Assembly (NCBI GenBank): GCA_965205425.1
Contig: CBDBGZ010000009.1
Span: 1,120,001-1,184,000, forward strand
From: Nitrosopumilus sp.
Lineage (GTDB): Archaea; Thermoproteota; Nitrososphaeria; Nitrososphaerales; Nitrosopumilaceae
Length of the DNA: 64,000 nucleotides
Direction: 5' to 3'
The notes beneath the pieces are model-generated. The model made no database searches. It was not told where the DNA came from and saw only the letters and a list, made by a program, of their open reading frames with translations. This document shows positions 29,356-40,991 of this stretch, one piece after another. A program made the position numbers and the translations under genes. Numbering within the stretch: the first letter of the stretch is position 1; every line of letters begins with the position of its first letter.

Positions 29356-31768
29356 GTACCTGTCTAGAGTTTTGAAGTACTTTCTTTAATATTTTTTATC
29401 TATATCTTTTCTGATCAGTGTTAAATCACAATAGATAGTTGTCAACAGGTGAAGAGTTGGAATATTATCGTAACAGATATGATTCGTTGAAGAAGGAAAA
29501 CCAGCAGTTACGCAAAGAGATTGCAGAGTTAAAGCAGACAGTATCTGCACTTGCTGCAAGAAACATCAAGGCAAAACCAAACAAAATAAAACCAAGCAAG
29601 AAGAAGAACATCTCAAAACACGCTAGAAAAAGCAGAAACAGGCCCAACTAATATTGATTGTACCATAACAATTGACCAAAAAGAGTGCAACATATGCCAA
29701 ACCAAACTATCAAGCCCAACTGATTCATACACACGAATAGTAGAGGATATTATTCCTGCAAAGGCAATTGCAACAAAGTACACGATACTTAGACGATACT
29801 GCACCAATTGCAAAAAACAAATCTCAGGCAACATACACACTGCGCTACCCAATGAGAGATTTGGGATTAGACTCATGGTGCTAATCATATCACTGAAAAC
29901 CATCGGATTATCATATGGTAAAATATCTCATTTACTATCGATGCTCTTCTCATTACACATTACAGAATCTGCAATTAACCATGCAGTATTAATCACAGCA
30001 AAAATGTTTGGGAGAAGATATAGCGACGATCAAAAGTTCGCAAACATCTTTGCAGGATTTCTAAAGATATAATTTGCAACATCAAGCTTGAATTTTGTCA
30101 CTCTGAAATATTCGGACACTGCCTTGTTCATTATTGTAAACATTGCATAATACTCTGAAACCAACAATGCATATTTGCTTATCTTCCAGCACTGCTCTAT
30201 CATGTTCTTCAAGTATGGTGATCCCTTTGGCAACCAGATTAGTTTGGCATCTCTATTGTTTGCAAGGTATTCCTTTACCTTCTTTGATTTGTGAACTGAT
30301 GCTCTATCTAAAATGATTGCAATCTTGCCGTATTTCCAGTGTAACTCCTTTAGGTACTCTACAAATGTTACAGCGTTGAATTTGTCATAAACTCTGAATA
30401 GTTGATTACCATTTTCTGTAATTGTACCATACACTGCCAGACTCTCATGTCGTCCTGTATATGGAAGAAATATTCTCTTTGCAACTGGTGACCAGTACTT
30501 TTTTCCTGTTTTTGTATCCCTTACAAAGAATGCTTCATCAGCCATTGCAATGACAAATCCTTTCTTTTTTAGGCGTGAAATTCTCTTTTTGGTGCGTTGT
30601 TGCCAGCTTCTCACAGCAGATATACTTGCATGGTTGATGTGATATTTTTGTGCAGTTTTTGCAGACATGCCGTATTGGTGCATTATCTTTCTGATGTGGG
30701 TTATGTGAAATTTTACTCCAGTGGAATAAAAGATACTTTGTTGCAACATTATGGGGGTAAACAAAGTTAGCATTGCTTTTGACATGATAGCATCCATTCG
30801 AGTCTGGGAGATTATTCTTGGCCTGCCACTTCTTGGGTGGTCGTAGAGGCCATCTATCTCAAAACGACTCGTCCATTTTCTCACCCAGCTTGTGCAGTGG
30901 TGTAATGTCTTTGCAGTGCACTGTATGTCCTTTCCATCCTTTAGAATCATCAACACTGCAAGCATCCTTACTGCAACCTTGGAGTTTTCTTTTTTGTATG
31001 CTGCTTCAAGTGATTCTAACTTGTTCATCAAATTTTACCATACATAGTGATCAAAAAGTTTTTTGTTTTGGAATAATTTAGTTCACGAACTTTATCTTTT
31101 CGCTATATCATACCATGATTGCAGAACTGAAAAAAGAACTCAACATACACGGCGATGAGACAGTCTGGAGAGTCAATGGTGAGACACATTGGCTGTGGGC
31201 ATTTGTTGGAAAGTGGACTATGATTTATGAGATTGACAAATCACGTAGTGTTACTGTTCCAAAAAGAATTCTCAAGGGGTATGATGGTAACATTACAAGT
31301 GACTCGTACTCTGCATGGAACCACGTTGGAGAAACTCACCAGAAATGCCACATCCATTATCTTAGAGAAATTGATGATATTATTCAACACAAGAATCCGG
31401 GACCAGAATTTGAATCGTTTGCAAAACAACTCAAAAGAATGATCCATGATTCTCATGGCATAGCAAGAATAAAATCTGAATCAAAGAGAATCCATGCAAA
31501 GAAGAATCTTGAGCGCAGAATATCTCATCTGATATCAAGGCATTACACTGAAAAAAATTGCATTAGGTTTGTCAAAAGAATCAGACGTGAAAGAAAAATG
31601 CTCTTCATATTTTTGATTACGGGAACTGATTCTCACAATAATACAGCAGAACGGGCAATCAGACCAAACGTAGTAATTAGAAAAATCACAAACGGACACC
31701 GTTCAGAGAATGGTGCATATTCTCACAAGGTGTTGATGAGTATAAAGGAGATAAAGAAAAAGCATTAA
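29356..31768 (+). mobile_element. IS66-family element, degenerate and interrupted by IS630
   Basis: GTACCTGTC left end; coiled coil, CxxC..CxxC, GDET.W, QKCHIHYLRE, NNTAERAIRP; frameshift near 29645; 3' end missing. Confidence 0.85.
30021..31105 (-). mobile_element. IS630-family element, copy A (transposase 30030-31028)
   Basis: TIRs beginning TAGCGA; TA duplication; DEAFF, DRASVH, PKGSPYL. Confidence 0.93.
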
Positions 31769-31911
31769 AAAGTATGATTAAAGCAGTAGAGACAAATGAT
31801 TTGATAGACAAAAGTAAAAAATCAGAATTTAAGAAAATGAAACTAGATGAATTAGATTTTCATGGAATAACATTTTGTAAGTAAAATACTGAAATCAGGC
31901 TCAAAATAGCA

Positions 31912-33092
31912 TTATTTTTTCGATTTATCTTTTAGAAGTGAATCAACTGCTTGCCTCAATCTTGTAATTTCATCTTTTTGTAATTTTGAATCTTCTGTTA
32001 TTTTTACAATCTCTGACTTTTCTTCTTTGAGTTTCTCATTTTCTAGTCGTATTCTTTCCTCATCTGAAATTGTCAAAAATGGAATTGCTTTTTGGTATTC
32101 AGGGAATCGCTCAAAGTCTTCTTCCTGGTATCGCTCATAGTGTTTCTCCAAGCCTACCTTATGTCCCATCATGTCCTCTTTGTCTAGAAAATCTACTTTG
32201 GCACGCCTCAACATTGTGTTAAAGTATTTTCTAAATCCATGGTCAAGTTGTACCTCATTCCTCTTTTGGTTAGGTGCTATGGTGGTCTAAGACCAATATC
32301 AGTCACAACTGTATCTATTCTCTTTCTAACTCCTTTTTGGTTTAGTCTACGAATTACAGGATATCGAATGGATTTGATTAGTGGATCATTAGGTTTTGGA
32401 TATGCACCAATGTCTGCCTTCCAGTTTTCACGATAAATCTCTAAAGATTTGCAAGCCTCTGGAGTGATAAATGTGAAATAACTTTCAGGATCTCCTCTAT
32501 AGATTCGCAATGCTGCACCTTTGTATGTTCCATCAGTATTTTTGAAAAAGACAACATCTTTCCATGTAAAATAGTCCCAAGATTCTAATCGGAAACCACC
32601 TGATGAAAACATCAAAATTATTACTTTGTCAGTAATGTCATTTGTAACTTCAAGCATCTTTTGAATTTCTTCTTTTGTATATGCTCTGTCTTTTGATTTT
32701 GCTTCTCGTCTGGGAAGTAATTTGTGTAATGACTTCCAATGAATTGGAACACGATTAGCATCAAGTAAAACTTTGATTGGTTTGATGTGGTTTGGAATAG
32801 TTTGAGAACTAATTTCACCTGAATCGACACGTTTTCTGTCTTCTTTAATGAATGCAGCAATAATATCAGAGGCTTTATCCATATCTTTTTTTGCCAATTC
32901 AACAAAGAATTTAGCTAGAGTTTTTGCATCCCTGTTCTTAGGAGTCTTTCCAAGAGTATCAATGTAAAGTTGATTTGGAATCAGTTTGAGAAATGTGTAA
33001 AGTAGATTCTTGTAACGTCGTAGAGTTGCAGGGCTACGAATTGAGTCTAAGAATAATTGATATGGATCATTTCTTGAATTTACTTTATCCAC
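31912..33092 (-). pseudogene. tyrosine integrase, frameshifted near 32279
   Basis: SSGGFR in ORF1; HGFRKYF, MMGH and Y in the other frame; adjacent to the tRNA 3' end. Confidence 0.9.
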
Positions 33093-33149
33093 AGTGAGTT
33101 CTATATTTTGTATATATAGTGCGTCCTATTTTAGTCCCAAGAAAGGGTA

Positions 33150-33224
33150 TGGGCCCACGGGGATTTGAACCCCGGATCTTCGCCGTGTAAGGGCGACGTC
33201 ATAACCGACCTGGACTATGAGCCC
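33150..33224 (-). tRNA. tRNA-Val(TAC)
   Basis: TCGCC-CT-TAC-AC-GGCGA. Confidence 0.95.
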
Positions 33225-33303
33225 AGAAACCTACCTTGTTAAAATCCATTTAAACTTTGAGACAAGAGAAAATCTAGAAATTTGATAAAAAATCAACAAA
33301 ATC

Positions 33304-34320
33304 ATGAATGTTTCTAGTTTTTTTTCCAGTCCAATTGGATTGGGTCATGTTACTCGAGATATGGCAATTGCAGATAATTTTGAAAGTATCTCAACAAATT
33401 TTATCACAGGAAGTGGAGCTGCTAAAATTCTAAAAAATCTAGATTACAATGTACAAAATGTATACAATCCACCTTCATTCATTATTGAAAATGGAACATT
33501 AAAGAGTCCTGCAAAATGGTTATGGAATTATTATCAATATTATAAAGATTGTAAAAACATTTCACAAAAAATTCTTTCAAAAGATAAAACAAATTTAGTC
33601 ATTAGTGATGAAGATTTTGCATCATTAACTGTTGCACAAGAAATGAAAATTCCAACAGTGTTAATTACAGATGTTTTGGAAACTCATTTCACTAAAGGAA
33701 TAGCATCATTCATAGAAAAAAAGATGAATAAGTCAATGCAAAAAATAATTAAAAAATGTGACATGGTAATTTTTCCTGAAAATGGAGATGATCATGATAA
33801 TATCAAAAGAGTAGGACCAATAGTAAGAGAAACAAACTATACCAGAGAAGAGTTAAGAAAAAAATTCTCTTTTAAAAAAAATACTATACTAATATCAATA
33901 GGAGGAACAGATGCAGGGTTATTTCTAATTGAAAAAGCATTACAAGTTCTTTCAAAAATTAATCAAGATATAGAAATAGTTCTAGTATCAGGTCCTGCAG
34001 TAACAAAAAAATTTGAGAACGTTAAGAATTTAGGATTTGTAGATAATTTACATGAATTAATTTTTGCTGCAGATGTGATTATTTCATTGGCGGGAAAATC
34101 AACCATAGATGAGGCTAATGCCTATGGAACTCCTGCAATTTTTATTCCAATCAAAGGTCATTTTGAACAAGAAGATAATGCAAAAGAGCAAGGATTTGAA
34201 TTTGAAGATATTAACAGATTAGAAGAATTGATTGTAGAAAAACTAGAGCAAAAAAGAAACCAAACAAATACAGATGGTGCAAAAACAGCATCAACGATAA
34301 TACAAAAATTGATGAATTAA
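33304..34320 (+). CDS. GT28/MurG-like glycosyltransferase
   Basis: GLGHVTR, ISIGG, HFEQEDNA. Confidence 0.85.
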   Translation: MNVSSFFSSPIGLGHVTRDMAIADNFESISTNFITGSGAAKILKNLDYNVQNVYNPPSFIIENGTLKSPAKWLWNYYQYYKDCKNISQKILSKDKTNLVISDEDFASLTVAQEMKIPTVLITDVLETHFTKGIASFIEKKMNKSMQKIIKKCDMVIFPENGDDHDNIKRVGPIVRETNYTREELRKKFSFKKNTILISIGGTDAGLFLIEKALQVLSKINQDIEIVLVSGPAVTKKFENVKNLGFVDNLHELIFAADVIISLAGKSTIDEANAYGTPAIFIPIKGHFEQEDNAKEQGFEFEDINRLEELIVEKLEQKRNQTNTDGAKTASTIIQKLMN

Positions 34321-34365
34321 CAATCAAATGCTTAATAGAAGGTAAATTCGATTTGATAAAGTACT

Positions 34366-35781
34366 ATGACTAGACTAGTAGTTGCCAAATTTGGTGGCAG
34401 TGCAATAGGTCCAAACGGGGAAACAATTCCTAAAATTATTCAAAGAATTACAAATTTAAAAACAGATTCCAAAGTGATTGCAGTTTTTTCAGCCCCATTG
34501 ACAATGTATAATGAAAAAAAGCGTTCATTGACTGATGTAGTTTTAGAACAGGGAAGAAATGCAGAGAATGGAATTAGTCCATCTTTAGATATTGTAAAAG
34601 CAACATATCAAAAAATTCTGGAAATGGTTGATGATAAAAACAAAGAAAATTGCAAAAAAACAATTGATTTTCATCTAGAAAAAGCCCAAAATGCACTAGA
34701 TGAGGCTTTGAAGAATAAGGAATTTGCAAATGAAACAAGATCTCAAGCTTTGGCATTTTCAGGAGAAATTTTGATGGCACATGTGATGAATAGCATACTA
34801 AGAAGTAACGATATCAAGGCTGAGGCAGTAGGGTTTGATGATTGGCCAATTATTACAGATAATAATATTGAATTTACAAATTTTCTCACAATAGAATCCA
34901 GAGAAAAGATGGGTAAAACTGTAGAATTAGTAGAAAATAATGAAGTAGTTACCATTGGTGGATTTATTGGAAAAACAATAGATGGTGTAATTACCACATA
35001 TGAGCGAGGGGGTTCTGATAGAACTGCAGCAGATCTTGGAATTTTGTTTCATAAAAAATATGAAACCAGTATTGATTTTGAGAAAGATAGTGCAGTAGTT
35101 TCAGCTGATCCTAAAATTGTAGATTCAGGATTACGTGAAGTTATTCAGTTATCTTACAATGAAGCAAGACTAGCAGGAATGTTTGGAATGAAAATTTTAG
35201 ATCCAATTGCGATAAAAGAAATTGTAGAAAATGGTGTAGACATGCCAATTACCATTACCAATATGAAAAATCCAGAAAAAATTACTACAATTAAAAGAAA
35301 TTTGGATGAACTAAAGGGGCATCCAATTAAGATAGTTACAGGTAAAGAGAATTGTACTATTTTTAGGATTGAAACAAGTTGTATTCAAAAATTATTGACA
35401 TCATTAGAAAAAGACAAACATTATAGCGAATTTATCATTTTGTCACCCTTTACAAAAGATGGAATAGAATTTTCTAGAATATTATTTTTAGATGGAGATT
35501 ATGTTAAAAGAAATGAAAAGTATCTTTTAGGATTTGATTCACTTGCAACAATCACATACAACAGAGGAGTCATTACATTAATTGGTGATGAGATGTGGAG
35601 AGTTCAACAAGTAGCTTCTAGAACTAGTGCAAAGATTGGCGAGTCAGGATTAAACATTTTGAATATGGATGCACAAGAAGAAACATCAAGAATAATTATT
35701 GTTGTAGAAGATACTCAAGATAACATTACAAAAGCTATCAAAGCAATACATCAAGAAATTTCAGAAATTAATTTTATTTAA
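34366..35781 (+). CDS. lysC: aspartate kinase
   Basis: VAKFGGS, RGGSDRTA, SADPKIV, LSYNEA. Confidence 0.9.
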   Translation: MTRLVVAKFGGSAIGPNGETIPKIIQRITNLKTDSKVIAVFSAPLTMYNEKKRSLTDVVLEQGRNAENGISPSLDIVKATYQKILEMVDDKNKENCKKTIDFHLEKAQNALDEALKNKEFANETRSQALAFSGEILMAHVMNSILRSNDIKAEAVGFDDWPIITDNNIEFTNFLTIESREKMGKTVELVENNEVVTIGGFIGKTIDGVITTYERGGSDRTAADLGILFHKKYETSIDFEKDSAVVSADPKIVDSGLREVIQLSYNEARLAGMFGMKILDPIAIKEIVENGVDMPITITNMKNPEKITTIKRNLDELKGHPIKIVTGKENCTIFRIETSCIQKLLTSLEKDKHYSEFIILSPFTKDGIEFSRILFLDGDYVKRNEKYLLGFDSLATITYNRGVITLIGDEMWRVQQVASRTSAKIGESGLNILNMDAQEETSRIIIVVEDTQDNITKAIKAIHQEISEINFI

Positions 35782-35790
35782 TGTAAAGAG

Positions 35791-35871
35791 TGGCGTTACG
35801 GGCTTTCACCTGTAAACGCCATCATGGGTTTGTTCTTGGACCGTTATCTAGATTTAGTCCGGCGTTACCCA
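35791..35871 (-). ncRNA. candidate structured ncRNA (two hairpins)
   Basis: GC-rich intergenic island; paired stems; GAAA tetraloop on the minus strand. Confidence 0.55.
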
Positions 35872-35931
35872 AAACACGCGATACTATATGTTAGAATTTC
35901 TAGTATTTAGAGCTGATCTATATAGATCCAT

Positions 35932-36138
35932 TCACACACGCTCAGCTGCGAACCAAAGAATAATTCCAATACCCAACAAAGCATACCACTTGAAATTTTT
36001 CTTATTCATGAAAATATTGGCTGAGCCCAAATCTTCATCTTTGTATGTGGTTAAACGAATTTTTCTCATTTCAAAAGCCTGGCCGACCAAGCCTACCACG
36101 AGACAGATTATTCCAGCAAAGCCCAATGTCCATTCCAT
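35932..36138 (-). CDS. small two-TM membrane protein
   Basis: two hydrophobic segments. Confidence 0.75.
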   Translation of the reverse strand: MEWTLGFAGIICLVVGLVGQAFEMRKIRLTTYKDEDLGSANIFMNKKNFKWYALLGIGIILWFAAERV

Positions 36139-36234
36139 ACTAAAATTTACGATTAATCAGATATGTAGTTTCAGATATGCCAAATTTACTAGAAAAGATA
36201 ATTCTTTAAATTAGCATGGATTTTTTGCTCTCCT

Positions 36235-37149
36235 ATGAAAGAAATTGGAAAAATTTGGATGAATGGAAAATTAGTACCATTCAAAGATGCCAAAGTTCAC
36301 GTATTAACTCATGCATTACATTATTCGACATCAATTTTTGAGGGGATCAGATGTTATAATACTCCAAATGGATCAGCAATTTTCAGATTACCTGAACATG
36401 TAGATAGATTTTTCAAATCTGCAAAATTGTATTCAATGAAAATGCAGTTTTCTAAAAAAATAATTTCAGATGCAATTGTAAAAACTGTTCAAACAGGAGG
36501 ACTCAAAGAATCATACATTAGACCATTAGCATACTATGGATATGGAACTATGGGATTAACTCCTACCACAAATAAAGTAGATGTTTCAATTTCATGTTGG
36601 GAATGGAAAATGGGTGAATCAAAAGCAGGTAAATTTTCTGGAGCAAAATGTAAAGTTTCAAGTTGGACTAAAATTGATTCAAGATCTCAACCAATGCAAG
36701 CAAAAGCTGCATCAAACTATGCAAACGCAGCACTTGCAAGAATGGAAGCATTAGAAAATGGATACGATGAAGCAATTATGTTAAATTCTCGTGGTAAAGT
36801 TGCAGAAGGTAGTGCTGAAAATATTTTCATCATTAAAGATGACATTATTCAAACTCCTCCACTTTCAGCAGGAGGATTAGAAGGAATTACCAGAGACAGC
36901 ATTATCCAAATTATAGAAGAAAATGGTGGATTTGTAATTGAACGTGATCTAGAACGAGATGATCTTTACACTGCTGATGAGATTTTCATGACAGGAACAG
37001 CTGCTGAAGTAAAATCAGTAACTCAGATAGATAAAGTGAAAATTGGAAATGGTAAAATGGGCAATATTACTAAAGCATTGCAAAAATCATTTACTGATGT
37101 AGTTATGGGTAAAGATGAAAGATTCTTGTCTTGGCTGACATTTATTTAA
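36235..37149 (+). CDS. ilvE: branched-chain amino acid aminotransferase
   Basis: HALHY..IFEGIR, AKAASNY, LEGITR, TGTAAE. Confidence 0.93.
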   Translation: MKEIGKIWMNGKLVPFKDAKVHVLTHALHYSTSIFEGIRCYNTPNGSAIFRLPEHVDRFFKSAKLYSMKMQFSKKIISDAIVKTVQTGGLKESYIRPLAYYGYGTMGLTPTTNKVDVSISCWEWKMGESKAGKFSGAKCKVSSWTKIDSRSQPMQAKAASNYANAALARMEALENGYDEAIMLNSRGKVAEGSAENIFIIKDDIIQTPPLSAGGLEGITRDSIIQIIEENGGFVIERDLERDDLYTADEIFMTGTAAEVKSVTQIDKVKIGNGKMGNITKALQKSFTDVVMGKDERFLSWLTFI

Positions 37150-37190
37150 CATTACATGATGTTTTTTACCCACTGTAAGGATTAGAAATT

Positions 37191-37352
37191 ATGGATTCAT
37201 GTTCAACTGGCGACACACAAGAAATTTGTTGGTTTTGTAGAAAAGGACGTCATGATGATTGCATGAAAGAAATTCCTACACATGGAAAATCAGATGGTCC
37301 ACATGATTGCACTTTTGATACAAAACTTATTCCTTGTAAATGTCAACACTAA
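37191..37352 (+). CDS. 53-aa Cys/His-rich small protein
   Basis: manual translation MDSCSTGDTQEICWFCRKGRHDDC...HDC...CKCQH. Confidence 0.7.
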   Translation: MDSCSTGDTQEICWFCRKGRHDDCMKEIPTHGKSDGPHDCTFDTKLIPCKCQH

Positions 37353-37377
37353 CAATTAGTATCAAATACAAGATAGA

Positions 37378-37944
37378 TTGAAAAAAGCCATGAATTACAA
37401 TGAAGAATTTTGGAATAAATATTCGGATGAGAATGAATCAAGATACAATGAAGAATTTTCAAAATTTGTAAGAGATTTAGCTATGTCGTTACGATGTACA
37501 AGTGTTTTAGAGGTAGGTTGTGGGACAGGAATTGATTTAAGATTATTTCCAGATACATTTCAGATTAATGGTATTGATCTAAATGAAAAGGCATTAAACC
37601 TTGCAAAGAAGAAACTGCCAAGTGTAAATTTTAAAAAAGGTACAATAACTGAATTACCATTTGAAGATTCTTCCATAGATTTTGTTTTTACTCATGGTTT
37701 GATGAACTATTTAGATAATGATACATTAGAAAAAGGAATTTCAGAAATGTTCAGAGTATCAAGTAGATGGATTATGAATTGTGAAAATTATGATGAAGTA
37801 GAAAAACAAATTGATGAAAATCAAAAATCTCGCAATATGCAAAAATATTGGCTTGATTACAAAGTAAAATTTGTCAGTAATGTAGACATGCATGAAGATA
37901 TTGAGCCTGATAAACCTAGATTCACTCTATTGAAGAAATTATAA
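37378..37944 (+). CDS. class I SAM-dependent methyltransferase
   Basis: VLEVGCGTG; LPFEDSSIDFV. Confidence 0.9.
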   Translation: MKKAMNYNEEFWNKYSDENESRYNEEFSKFVRDLAMSLRCTSVLEVGCGTGIDLRLFPDTFQINGIDLNEKALNLAKKKLPSVNFKKGTITELPFEDSSIDFVFTHGLMNYLDNDTLEKGISEMFRVSSRWIMNCENYDEVEKQIDENQKSRNMQKYWLDYKVKFVSNVDMHEDIEPDKPRFTLLKKL

Positions 37945-37949
37945 TTTTT

Positions 37950-38326
37950 TTATTTTAATTTTTTATGTTGTATAGATAATACTTTTGGCAATTTAATAGT
38001 GAAAGTTGTTGGATTATTAGATGCAAAAATTTCTCCTTGATGTTGTTCTATAATATTTTTACAGCTAGCTAAACCTAACCCAGTTCCTTTTTGTTTAGTT
38101 GTAAATAACGGTTCAAATATTTTAGATAAATTATCATCAGAAATTCCATCACCTGAATCAATGAATTGTAATATTGCTATGTTATCTTGTTCAGAAATTT
38201 TAATGTTAATTTTTCCTCCTTCATGCATTGCCTGAATAGAATTTACAATCAAATTGATAAACACCGCATCAAGTTTGATTACATCACAATCAACAATAAG
38301 ATCAGATTTTGAAAGTGTTACTTCTA
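37950..38326 (-). pseudogene. histidine kinase HATPase C-terminal fragment truncated by IS630
   Basis: NLIVNSIQA, DSGDGI, FEPLFTTK, GTGLGL; N-terminus absent. Confidence 0.88.
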
Positions 38327-39409
38327 TAGCGACGATCAAAAGTTCGCAAACATCTTTGCAGGATTTCTAAAGATATAATTTGCAACATCAAGCTTGAATT
38401 TTGTCACTCTGAAATATTCGGACACTGCCTTGTTCATTATTGTAAACATTGCATAATACTCTGAAACCAACAATGCATATTTGCTTATCTTCCAGCACTG
38501 CTCTATCATGTTCAAGTATGGTGATCCCTTTGGCAACCAGATTAGTTTGACATCTCTATTGTTTGCAAGGTATTCCTTTACCTTCTTTGATTTATGAACT
38601 GATGCTCTATCCAGCATGATTGCAATTTTGCCGTATTTCCAGTGTAACTCTTTTAGGTACTCTACAAATGTTACAGCGTTGAATTTGTCATAAACTCTGA
38701 ATAGTTGATTGCCATTTTCTGTAATTGTACCATACACTGCCAGACTCTCATGTCGTCCTGTATATGGAAGAAATATTCTCTTTGCAACTGGTGACCAGTA
38801 CTTTTTTCCTGTTTTTGTATCCCTTACAAAGAATGCTTCATCAGCCATTGCAATGACAAATCCTTTCTTTTTTAGGCGTGAAATTCTCTTTTTCATGCGT
38901 TGTTGCCAGCTTCTCACAGCAGATATACTTGCATGGTTGACGTGATATTTTTGTGCAGTTTTTGCAGACATGCCGTATTGGTGCATTATCTTTCTGATGT
39001 GGGTTATGTGAAATTTTACTCCAGTGGAATAAAAGATACTTTGTTGCAACATTATGGGGGTAAACAAAGTTAGCATTGCTTTTGACATGATAGCATCCAT
39101 TCTGGTCTGGGAGATTGTTCTTGGCCTGCCACTTCTTGGGTGGTCGTAGAGGCCATCTATCTCAAAACGACTCGTCCATTTTCTCACCCAGCTTGTGCAG
39201 TGGTGTAATGTCTTTGCAGTGCACTGTATGTCCTTTCCATCCTTTAGAATCATCAACACTGCAAGCATCCTTACTGCAACCTTGGAGTTTTCTTTTTTGT
39301 ATGCTGCTTTCAAGTGATTCTAACTTGTTCATCAAATTTTACCATACATAGTGATCAAAAAGTTTTTTGTTTTGGAATAATTTAGTTCACGAACTTTATC
39401 TTTTCGCTA
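38327..39409 (-). mobile_element. IS630-family element, copy B (near-identical to copy A; +1 frameshift near the start)
   Basis: same TIRs and TA flanks; sequence nearly identical to 30021-31105. Confidence 0.93.
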
Positions 39410-39411
39410 TA

Positions 39412-40351
39412 AGATATCGCTCCAAAACCATGATGGTAAAGTCACGGGACGAAAAGAAACAAGAAAGATTACTGGAATAGTTGATGATATTCTAAAAGAG
39501 ACAGATTACAAAAAACTATCAAATGACTATCAAGATTTGTTTGATGGTCTAAAAAATGCAAAGAAAAGATACAAAAAAATGAAAATAAAATACCTCAACA
39601 CTACCTCAAAGAATGTTATCTTTGAGGATGGATTATTCAAGGCTGAAATTCTAGGTCCCATAAACATTGGAACAAAAACATCTCCTGCCTATGCTGCAAT
39701 TGGTAATGCAGGAAAAATCAGAAACGGTAATACTCTGTTTCACTAATGATTACATATGGCAAATGCAAAATTTTGTTATATGGGGATTTGAACAAAGAGT
39801 ATGAGACTGGATTCATCAGATACCATCAAGATGAGGAAAATCCTCTTCAAGCACATGTCTTTAAAGCAAATCATCATGGAAGTCAGGAAATTACTGAACA
39901 TTTCCTACAAGAAGTAAATCCTTGGGTTAGTGTCATTTCTTCAGGTGATACAAGAGATTATGCCCATCCATGTGGAAAATTATTGGGGCTTTTAGGCAGA
40001 TATTCGAGTGCTAGTATCAAAGAACCCATCGTCTTTTCAACAGAAATTGCAAGAACATATCATCCACTCAATAAAGATGAATTAAAAATCATGAGGGAAA
40101 CATCTAAATTTTTGAAATCAAAGAAAAGCAAGAAAAGCCGAGACAAAGAATTTGCTAATGTAAAACAAATTATCAAAAAAGATTCCTACTATTCCAAGGC
40201 AATTGATGGAATAATTCATGTACGAACTGATGGAGAAAGTCTAGTTGTAGGACGAGGATATGGAAATTATAAAACAAAACGTGATGGGGAAACTATAGTT
40301 CGTAAAAATTACAACAAATATGATTGGGAATTCTATCCCTTTCATCTTTAA
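39412..40351 (+). pseudogene. ComEC/Rec2-like metallo-beta-lactamase-fold hydrolase fragment
   Basis: ILLYGDL, KANHHGS, VISSG..YAHP, RTDG; N-terminus missing; frameshift near 39735. Confidence 0.75.
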
Positions 40352-40391
40352 TTTGTCTCAAAGTTGTTTATTTTAAAATCATTTACCCTTA

Positions 40392-40502
40392 TCAGACGAA
40401 TGGGTTTTTGATAATTCTATTTGCCAAAAGAACAACTAATCCTATACCTGTACCACCACAGACAAAAATTCCTAAAAGAACCAATGCATCACGTTTGTCC
40501 AT
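40392..40502 (-). CDS. 36-aa single-TM peptide
   Basis: manual translation MDKRDALVLLGIFVCGGTGIGLVVLLANRIIKNPFV. Confidence 0.55.
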   Translation of the reverse strand: MDKRDALVLLGIFVCGGTGIGLVVLLANRIIKNPFV

Positions 40503-40539
40503 TACTAGTATCTGATAATTTCTAACTTATGAAGCTTAG

Positions 40540-40842
40540 TCAAGATTTTGCAATGTCGTAATCTTCTTTTCCATTACCAAATCTCTGAGTAATGATTTTC
40601 ACTCTATGCTTTTTCCCTCTTTGAATGTCTTGAGCCAAAACTGTAGGTTTGCCATTATCATAGAATTTTGCGACAATCATCTTCCTTGAAGTGTAAAAAT
40701 TCTTTACTCCATCAAATTCTTCTTCAGTTTTTATATTGATTTCAGTAATGGTCTCTTTTCCAACTTTTTTTTCAACATTTTCAACTTTTACGATAGTAAA
40801 TACTCCCTTGTCATCTAGTTTTGAAAGTGAAGCTTCAGTCAT
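40540..40842 (-). CDS. hypothetical protein
   Basis: 100-aa ORF. Confidence 0.7.
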   Translation of the reverse strand: MTEASLSKLDDKGVFTIVKVENVEKKVGKETITEINIKTEEEFDGVKNFYTSRKMIVAKFYDNGKPTVLAQDIQRGKKHRVKIITQRFGNGKEDYDIAKS

Positions 40843-40991
40843 TTCTTACTCTTCATCTTGCCCATCAGTGTTGATATTATCACATTCAGGCATTGACATT
40901 GAAATTTGATCATTTTGTTTTATCAAATAATCCAATGTATCCATAATGATTCTAATTTTCCCCTATTGATAATTATTTTGATTTAGAAATC

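Noticed and set aside
35791..35871. Twister or hammerhead ribozyme call
   Set aside because: Only partial resemblance (TAAC, CGGTCCAAG); the core consensus is not met.
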